Assembly (NCBI GenBank): GCA_964549305.1
Contig: CAZJVM010000065.1
Location: 1 to 13,389, forward strand
Direction: 5' to 3'
Length of the DNA: 13,389 bases
From: an uncultured bacterium
GTDB lineage: Bacteria; Schekmanbacteria; GWA2-38-11; J061
The position numbers were made by a program, and so were the translations under genes. Positions 7,665-13,389 of this stretch are shown piece after piece. Under the pieces are notes generated by a model. The model searched no databases. It was given only the letters and a program-made list of their open reading frames with translations, and was not told the origin of the DNA. Within the stretch, counting starts at the first letter, position 1. The number at the start of each line of letters is the position of its first letter.

Positions 7665-7795
7665 CTTTTAAAAATATGAAAATATGCAGGCTAACAAAAA
7701 GAATTTAGTTATTTTTTTGACGATAGCCAATAGCAGAAAATAGATAAAAAAACGGTGAGTTACAGTAAAAAAGAAAGATTGAGCGACAGGTATTT

Positions 7796-9160
7796 TTACT
7801 CTTCTTCTATTTCGATGCTGTGTTTTTTCAGAAGGTCATAAAATGTACCCCTGCTCACATCCAGATCTTTTGCGGCACGACTGACAAACCCTTTGTTTCT
7901 TTGAAGCGCATCCAAAAGGAATTTCTTTTCGATTTCTTCCTTAGCTTCCCTGAGTGTAAGTATTTCTTTGGAACTTGATTCCGTATCGAGACCCAATGCG
8001 TCAGGAAAAATAATATTGGAACTGGACATTATTACCGCTCTTTTAATCAGGTTTTCAAGTTCCCTTATATTTCCGGGCCAATTGTATTTCCTAATCTCAA
8101 GTTCCGTCTCTCTGCTGAGACTTTTGGGGTGAATCTGATTTTCCATACAGAACTTGTCCACAAAATATCGCGCAATCAATACGACATCCTTGCCTCTTTC
8201 CCTTAAAGGAGGCAGAGTTACAGATACAACATTCAGGCGGTAATAAAGATCTTCCCTGAAATTTCCGGATTCCATCTCTTTTTTCAAATCTCTGTTGGTT
8301 GCAACGATTATTCTTGCATCTACTTTGAATCTTTTTGTCCCGCCAACTCTTTCAAATTCCTTTTCCTGAAGAAACCTGAGAAGCTTTACCTGAAGAATCG
8401 GGGGAATTTCGCCTATCTCATCGAAGAAAATCGTACCGCCTTCGGCCAGTTCGAACTTTCCTTTTTTCTGGGTATATGCTCCCGTGAAAGACCCCTTTTC
8501 ATGACCGAAAAGTTCGCTCTCCAAAAGATTTTCAGGAATAGCGCTGCAGTTGATTACTATAAAAGGTTTGTCGTTTCTGTCGCTTGCTCTGTGGACCGCT
8601 TCGGCAACCAACTCTTTTCCCGTGCCGCTTTCGCCGAGAATTAATACCGTAGTATTTGTGTTGGCAACATTTTCTATAAAATCAATGACACTTTTAAGTT
8701 CAGCACAGGAACCAACTATATTTCCGTATCTGTTCTCTTCGAGTCTTTTCCTGCTGCTGGCTAAGCTTTTAAGTTCTATATTGACGAGATTAAAAGCTCT
8801 TTCCACCATCGAACGCAGTTCGGGCGGTTTAATAGGTTTCACGTAATAATCCATAGCGCCGAGCCTAATTGCTTTGATTGCCGTCTTGTCTTCATCGTGT
8901 CCTGTTACCATTATCACCTTCGTAATGGGATTAATGGATAGGATTCTTTCAAGCACCGATAACCCCTCTTTGGCTTCGGAATCAGCGCTCAGTGAAATAT
9001 CGAGGAGTACAACTTTGGGGTTTTCCTGCTCAAATACCTCTATTGCTCTTTTTTGATTATCAGCTTTAAATACCTTATAAAATTTTGAAAATGCCCACTC
9101 AAGCTGTTTTAAAGTTTCACGGTCATCCTCAACTATCAGAAGTGAAGCTTTCCTGCTCAA
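7796..9160 (-). CDS. prsR: PEP-CTERM-box response regulator, sigma54-dependent (PrsR-like)
   Basis: REC (LLIVEDD, VVLLDISL, VTGH, YYVKPI), GESGTGKE, ESELFGHEKGSFTGA, FFDEIGE, FREDLYYRLNV, WPGNIRELEN and HTH VSRAAKDLDVSRGTFYDLLKKH. TTG start overlaps the prsK TGA (TTGA, 9157-9160), with a strong SD GGGAGGA. Sits in an exosortase locus. Confidence 0.9.
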   Translation of the reverse strand: MSRKASLLIVEDDRETLKQLEWAFSKFYKVFKADNQKRAIEVFEQENPKVVLLDISLSADSEAKEGLSVLERILSINPITKVIMVTGHDEDKTAIKAIRLGAMDYYVKPIKPPELRSMVERAFNLVNIELKSLASSRKRLEENRYGNIVGSCAELKSVIDFIENVANTNTTVLILGESGTGKELVAEAVHRASDRNDKPFIVINCSAIPENLLESELFGHEKGSFTGAYTQKKGKFELAEGGTIFFDEIGEIPPILQVKLLRFLQEKEFERVGGTKRFKVDARIIVATNRDLKKEMESGNFREDLYYRLNVVSVTLPPLRERGKDVVLIARYFVDKFCMENQIHPKSLSRETELEIRKYNWPGNIRELENLIKRAVIMSSSNIIFPDALGLDTESSSKEILTLREAKEEIEKKFLLDALQRNKGFVSRAAKDLDVSRGTFYDLLKKHSIEIEEE

Positions 9161-11277
9161 TTAATTCCTCCCTCATCGGAAAGCGGAAGTTTTACTGAAA
9201 ACGTCGTCCCCTCTCCGGGCGAGCTTTCAACATCAAGCTCGGCATTTTTATGCGCATTTATTATTGCTCTGCATTGGTAAAGGCCTATTCCGAGACCGCC
9301 TTCCTTTGTAGTTTTAAACGGTTTAAAAAGCGAATTATCCATAAATTCTTTACTCATACCTTCACCGTTATCAAATATATTAAGTATAGCAGTAAATTTG
9401 TTCTTAACAACAGAAATTTTAATTTCTCCTTTATTTTTTGGAAGTGCCTGCAAAGCATTAATCAAAATATTGGCAACAACCTTCTTTACGGATTTCTCAT
9501 CTGCGAAAACATTAATCTCTGTTTCGGGGTCATATTCTCTCGTAAGGTTTACTCTGGGATTATCTTCAAGTTTCAATTCCTCTACGCATTTTGACACAAT
9601 TTTCACCATATTGAACACAGTAAACTCATAAAGAGCTTCATTTGGTGCAGTTGATATTTTTTCCATCATTATGGTCATCTTTTTCGCCGTATTTTCAAGC
9701 GTTTCAATCATATCTTTCTGAAAATCCCTGTTATCTATATATTCCCTTGCGTTATCAAGAAGTATCTCGAGAGAGGAAATGAGATTTTTAAGGTCATGTA
9801 TGACAAATGTGGTCAGTTTTGATATTGATTCCATCTGTTGCGAAATCCTGAGTTTTTCCGCAAGGCGCACGCTCTGAATTATTCCCGCAGATTGTCTTGA
9901 AAGAGTCTGTAAAAGTTCATAGTCCTCATCATTGAGATCTTCGCCCGAAATTGTCCCGCCGACTATTATAAATCCGGATACTTCCTTCTTGCTCTTTAGC
10001 GGCAGAATTGCTTCGGCTCTCATAGAATTAATGATTTCGGAAAAAACCGGAGAAAAAGCATTCGCGTTTTTCTTTAGCTCTTTAACATTGATAATATCCG
10101 CATTTGAAAAGATTTCTGCGTTAAATTCATTTTTTTTCAACCTTGAAAGGGACACATTTTTTAAGTTAAAGCTTCCCGCAATCGTAAATCGCTCTTCATC
10201 TTCATCGTAAAGCCATACCGTTACCGGCTCAACCCACATAATGCCGGCAATCATTTCCGCCAAAGCCGGCATAAGTTTGTCTATTGTAACGGCATCTCCC
10301 AACTCTTCCGTGAAGCGCGTCCATACAAGACGATAATCATATTTATTGGCGAAAAAATTCTTGTTGATAAAAACCTGCGCTTTTCTCCTTATTCTGTCGG
10401 AAAAAAGAAATAAGAGGAGAAAAAGAACAGCAACAAAGATTATAAGCGGTTTTAAATATTGAAATTCTTCTCCGCCGATAATTTCCGTAAGTTTGAGAAA
10501 AGCTCCTGCAAGAAGAAGGTAAATACCAACGGCAAGTATGGATGCTGACCTGTAAATAACATATCTCGAAATAAAAATATGAACATCGAGAAGCCTGTAT
10601 CGGATAATTGAAAAGAAGAACAGAAAGCACAGGGTAATGGTTATAAAAGAGCCGGCAAGAAGAATTTTGAGACTCACAAAAGAGTACAGCAAAGATTCGC
10701 TTGAAATATAGATAAGATAAGAGAATGTACCTATTATTCCCGCAATGGCATACTTAATCTGGGTTTTTACGGGCGCAGTGGCGTTTCTGAAAGTGTTCTC
10801 AAAATTTACTATGATCAGCACGAAAATCAGAGTTAGATAAATTGTGGCATAATAAAGGGGTTTGCCGATTGCTGCACCGGGAAATTCATTGACAACCGAA
10901 GGATAGACCGATTGATCCAAAGCGCATATCACAACTACCAATCCCGTTGATATGATAAAAATCGCCGTAAGTATATATTTCCATTTCGAAATAATTGTTT
11001 TGTAATCATCTCTTGCAAAAACAAAGCTGAAAATGAGCCATAAAAAAGACATCATTATCTCGCCTGACCAGAGAATTTTCAGCCAAAATTCAGACTTAAC
11101 TGACCAGGGATTGAGAAGATAAAATAATTTGCCCGTTTCGATAACGGAAATACTTATCATCGCAAGAGAAAAGGACAAATTTGAAAACGCAGAAGGGTTT
11201 TTGCTGAAAACATAGACACTTAGAGATATTGAGATTATAATTGAAAGTAAAGGAATGTAATTTATAATATTTTCCAT
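9157..11277 (-). CDS. prsK: PEP-CTERM system histidine kinase (PrsK-like; multi-TM, GAF, HisKA, HATPase)
   Basis: About 290-aa multi-TM N-terminus, NKNFFANKYDYRLVW motif, GAF-like region ending LNDEDYELLQTLSRQ, H-box FVIHDLKN, DNGEGMSKEF, LFKPFKTTK and GLGIGLYQC. Length 706 aa and position before prsR match PrsK. Confidence 0.9.
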   Translation of the reverse strand: MENIINYIPLLSIIISISLSVYVFSKNPSAFSNLSFSLAMISISVIETGKLFYLLNPWSVKSEFWLKILWSGEIMMSFLWLIFSFVFARDDYKTIISKWKYILTAIFIISTGLVVVICALDQSVYPSVVNEFPGAAIGKPLYYATIYLTLIFVLIIVNFENTFRNATAPVKTQIKYAIAGIIGTFSYLIYISSESLLYSFVSLKILLAGSFITITLCFLFFFSIIRYRLLDVHIFISRYVIYRSASILAVGIYLLLAGAFLKLTEIIGGEEFQYLKPLIIFVAVLFLLLFLFSDRIRRKAQVFINKNFFANKYDYRLVWTRFTEELGDAVTIDKLMPALAEMIAGIMWVEPVTVWLYDEDEERFTIAGSFNLKNVSLSRLKKNEFNAEIFSNADIINVKELKKNANAFSPVFSEIINSMRAEAILPLKSKKEVSGFIIVGGTISGEDLNDEDYELLQTLSRQSAGIIQSVRLAEKLRISQQMESISKLTTFVIHDLKNLISSLEILLDNAREYIDNRDFQKDMIETLENTAKKMTIMMEKISTAPNEALYEFTVFNMVKIVSKCVEELKLEDNPRVNLTREYDPETEINVFADEKSVKKVVANILINALQALPKNKGEIKISVVKNKFTAILNIFDNGEGMSKEFMDNSLFKPFKTTKEGGLGIGLYQCRAIINAHKNAELDVESSPGEGTTFSVKLPLSDEGGIN

Positions 11278-11281
11278 AATC

Positions 11282-11935
11282 TCAATCGGGCAGATAGTCT
11301 ATTATTGCCGAAGAAATATATTTAGCAAATTCAATGGTATCTTCAAGAGATTCCTTTTCATTTTTTTTGTCTATAATCGTAGAAACCCTTATAAAACCGC
11401 TGTCATTGTACCCGTAAAGAAGTCCGTTTATGGCAAGATGCGTCATCTGGTCGAAACGGCTTGTAAGCTGTTTCTTTTTTGATCCGAACCACCAGTAAAA
11501 AACAACTTCTTCCACATTGCCTTTTTTTACATAGAATTGGTTTATATCCACTCCTGTCTCATCGATATGATACTGAGTAGTTTCCTTGCTTCCGCCGTAA
11601 TCGGAAATATCCCATCCCTGAGATCTGTAACATACCTGAGGGTCATGAGCGCCCCATCTTTCGTTTTCGTGATAAACTATGCAAAGCCAGATTTTTCTTC
11701 CTGACTTCGTCTCGTATTCCCTGAAAATAAGAGAGGAAGGATCGAGAGTAGTGACGATATTTTTGTCCATTTTTATATCTCTTACGAATGTGACACCATC
11801 CAGTTCCGCCGGAAACTCCTTCAGGCGTCCTGCCACATAAGATCGATCTTTAGGCGTATATATCAAATCAAGATATACTACTGCCGCCAAAAGAATCAGT
11901 ATAACTATTATGTATGGTTTTCTTCCCTTTTCCAC
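11282..11935 (-). CDS. epsI: EpsI-family exosortase-associated protein
   Basis: N-terminal membrane anchor, HDPQVCYRSQGW motif, VFYWW and GFIRVS. GTG start overlapping the exosortase 3' end, with an AAAGG SD. Confidence 0.85.
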   Translation of the reverse strand: MEKGRKPYIIVILILLAAVVYLDLIYTPKDRSYVAGRLKEFPAELDGVTFVRDIKMDKNIVTTLDPSSLIFREYETKSGRKIWLCIVYHENERWGAHDPQVCYRSQGWDISDYGGSKETTQYHIDETGVDINQFYVKKGNVEEVVFYWWFGSKKKQLTSRFDQMTHLAINGLLYGYNDSGFIRVSTIIDKKNEKESLEDTIEFAKYISSAIIDYLPD

Positions 11936-12741
11936 ATCAAAACCTTTCTCACCGCCATTAGACCTATAAGTGCGACAATAAAAACTACCATACCGAAAGC
12001 GGTGTGGGTAAATCCTGTAGTAACATCCATTCCCCTTTCAGAAAGAATGCCGGAGGAAACGATTCGCATAAGATTTCCTATCACTGCAAGAGGGACGGTA
12101 GAAGATACAAGAATAATCTTTTTTATGGTACTCATCTTCGAGAAATAGGCAAAAATGGTTCCAAGCGCAAGAAGTGAAATGATAGAACGTATTCCACTGC
12201 AGGGGTTTGCAACTTCCAGCGACCCGTTTGAAAAATGCAGCATCACACCTTCGCGATAAACCGACGTACCCAGTATCTGAATTACATTTGCCGACAGATA
12301 AGCGGAAAATAACTTGAGTTTGTTGGAGACGGGATTTATGACAAACTGAAAAAAAGGAACCATAAAAATCAAATAAACTATTGGAAAAGAAAGTTCTCTA
12401 AAAACCTTCTTCCCGAAAAAATACAGAACGATTCCGGCAAGCGAAAGAATCATAGCATAAGCTGAGGTAAAATAGACTTCGGCGCGCACGCTGAAAATAT
12501 GAAGCAGAACCGAAAAAATCAAAACATAAATTCCCCTGATATCTTTCGTAAAAGGTATTTTCTTTATTTCATCCCTTTTAATCCAAATAAGATAGCCGGA
12601 TATAAGCGGAATAAGAGGTCCGTGGGAATAATCGGGGTCTATATACCATCTAATGCCAAGCCAGTAGAAAACCTTCCAGTACAAAGCCGCAAAAGCGCAT
12701 ATCACAAGAAACAAAACAATTTTATTTTCTTTATTTTCCAT
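11908..12741 (-). CDS. Exosortase (EpsH/Xrt family transpeptidase)
   Basis: Multi-TM protein with YSHGPLIP, catalytic Cys in LEVANPCSGIRS, Arg in GNLMRI and His in FTHTAFG. Start is either ATG 12741 (preferred) or TTG 12768. The Xrt subtype cannot be assigned by eye. Confidence 0.93.
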   Translation of the reverse strand: MENKENKIVLFLVICAFAALYWKVFYWLGIRWYIDPDYSHGPLIPLISGYLIWIKRDEIKKIPFTKDIRGIYVLIFSVLLHIFSVRAEVYFTSAYAMILSLAGIVLYFFGKKVFRELSFPIVYLIFMVPFFQFVINPVSNKLKLFSAYLSANVIQILGTSVYREGVMLHFSNGSLEVANPCSGIRSIISLLALGTIFAYFSKMSTIKKIILVSSTVPLAVIGNLMRIVSSGILSERGMDVTTGFTHTAFGMVVFIVALIGLMAVRKVLMWKREENHT

Positions 12742-12781
12742 TAACAATTCCAAAAAAACTTTATTCAATATTCGTTAAAAC

Positions 12782-13333
12782 TTACTTTTTCGTCCTCTCC
12801 CTGATTACCTTTGCGGGAATTCCTCCTGCAATCGTGTAAGGCGGAATATCTTTTGAAACAGCAGCTCCCGCGGCAATTACGGCGCCGTCACCTATGGTAA
12901 CTCCCGACAGAATGACGCAGTTTGCGCCAATCCATACATCGTTTCCTATTACAATGTCGCCCTCGGAAAACTGTTGAACATTCATCTGCGATGATGAATC
13001 TGTGCCGTGATTGGATGAAAACATCTTTACTCCGGGCCCCATAAGCAAATTATCCCCCATTACAATTTTTGATGAAGGGCTTGCCCAGATACAGCAAAAC
13101 TGATTTATATGTGAGTTAACGCCAAAATATATATTTTCACCGCACCTCAGCGATGCCGACGGATGAATCCTCGGATTTCCCGCAATGTGCATTTTAGATA
13201 TGGGCGCGACATGGTCGTGTATAAAATAACCCAACTTGGAAAATAACTCCTTATAGAAGACAGGAGTGAAAATATACCTGATCACTTCAAGTATATCTTT
13301 AACTCCTACCTGATTTCTCGGACCTTTTTCCAT
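12782..13333 (-). CDS. Hexapeptide-repeat (left-handed beta-helix) O-acyltransferase, maltose/galactoside-acetyltransferase-like, probably polysaccharide-modifying
   Basis: [11 protein letters not shown] and [52 protein letters not shown] motifs. Directly upstream of the exosortase. Confidence 0.9.
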   Translation of the reverse strand: MEKGPRNQVGVKDILEVIRYIFTPVFYKELFSKLGYFIHDHVAPISKMHIAGNPRIHPSASLRCGENIYFGVNSHINQFCCIWASPSSKIVMGDNLLMGPGVKMFSSNHGTDSSSQMNVQQFSEGDIVIGNDVWIGANCVILSGVTIGDGAVIAAGAAVSKDIPPYTIAGGIPAKVIRERTKK

Positions 13334-13389
13334 ATATAGATTATATTTGTTTAGAAAGTATTTTTGTTCTATTTGTATAGCATATTTTC

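Noticed and set aside
7647..7743. Tiny plus-strand ORFs in the spacer (MSKKPTLLKI, 7647-7679, with AAAGGA upstream; MQANKKNLVIFLTIANSRK, 7684-7743)
   Set aside because: Very short, and the first coincides with an enhancer box that already explains the sequence; no evidence of coding.
7665..7795. Intrinsic terminator or sRNA downstream of prsR
   Set aside because: T-runs are present on the minus strand, but I could not find a convincing GC-rich stem.
8477..8494. GSFTGA instead of GAFTGA in PrsR
   Set aside because: A common variant in sigma54 activators; the key F-T-G-A residues and Walker motifs are intact, so it is not evidence of lost function.
369..12744. Short alternative ORFs in the track (369-560, 1200-1484, 1982-2227, 2847-3089, 3070-3270, 3117-3356, 3292-3477, 3464-3664, 3507-3725, 4056-4265, 4579-4767, 6095-6376, 8550-8846, 8874-9056, 9250-9594, 9398-9631, 9932-10210, 10343-10630, 12499-12744)
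   Set aside because: All lie antisense or out of frame within (or largely overlapping) well-supported genes and show no recognisable motifs; they are shadow ORFs.

Overview
AT-rich bacterial chromosomal window, almost entirely coding, from a diderm organism that uses sigma54; taxonomy cannot be fixed from sequence alone. The left end holds housekeeping rplS and rnhB (+). A sigma54-dependent two-component pair (NtrC-family regulator plus a 4-TM histidine kinase, -) converges on rnhB. The rest is a complete PEP-CTERM/exosortase protein-sorting locus: hexapeptide O-acyltransferase, exosortase (EpsH/Xrt family), EpsI, PrsK-like kinase and PrsR-like sigma54 activator (all -), then a secreted nidogen(NIDO)-like protein with a VPEP-CTERM sorting signal (-), and a ~930-aa PrsT-like TPR lipoprotein on the opposite strand. 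The PEP-CTERM gene has a perfect sigma54 -24/-12 promoter and three helically phased TGT-Nx-ACA enhancer-like boxes upstream. The system type is known. The locally unusual points are the readable cis-regulatory architecture, the inverted and detached prsT, the NIDO-like cargo and the His-rich intramembrane sensor. No CRISPR array, RNA gene or mobile element was seen.
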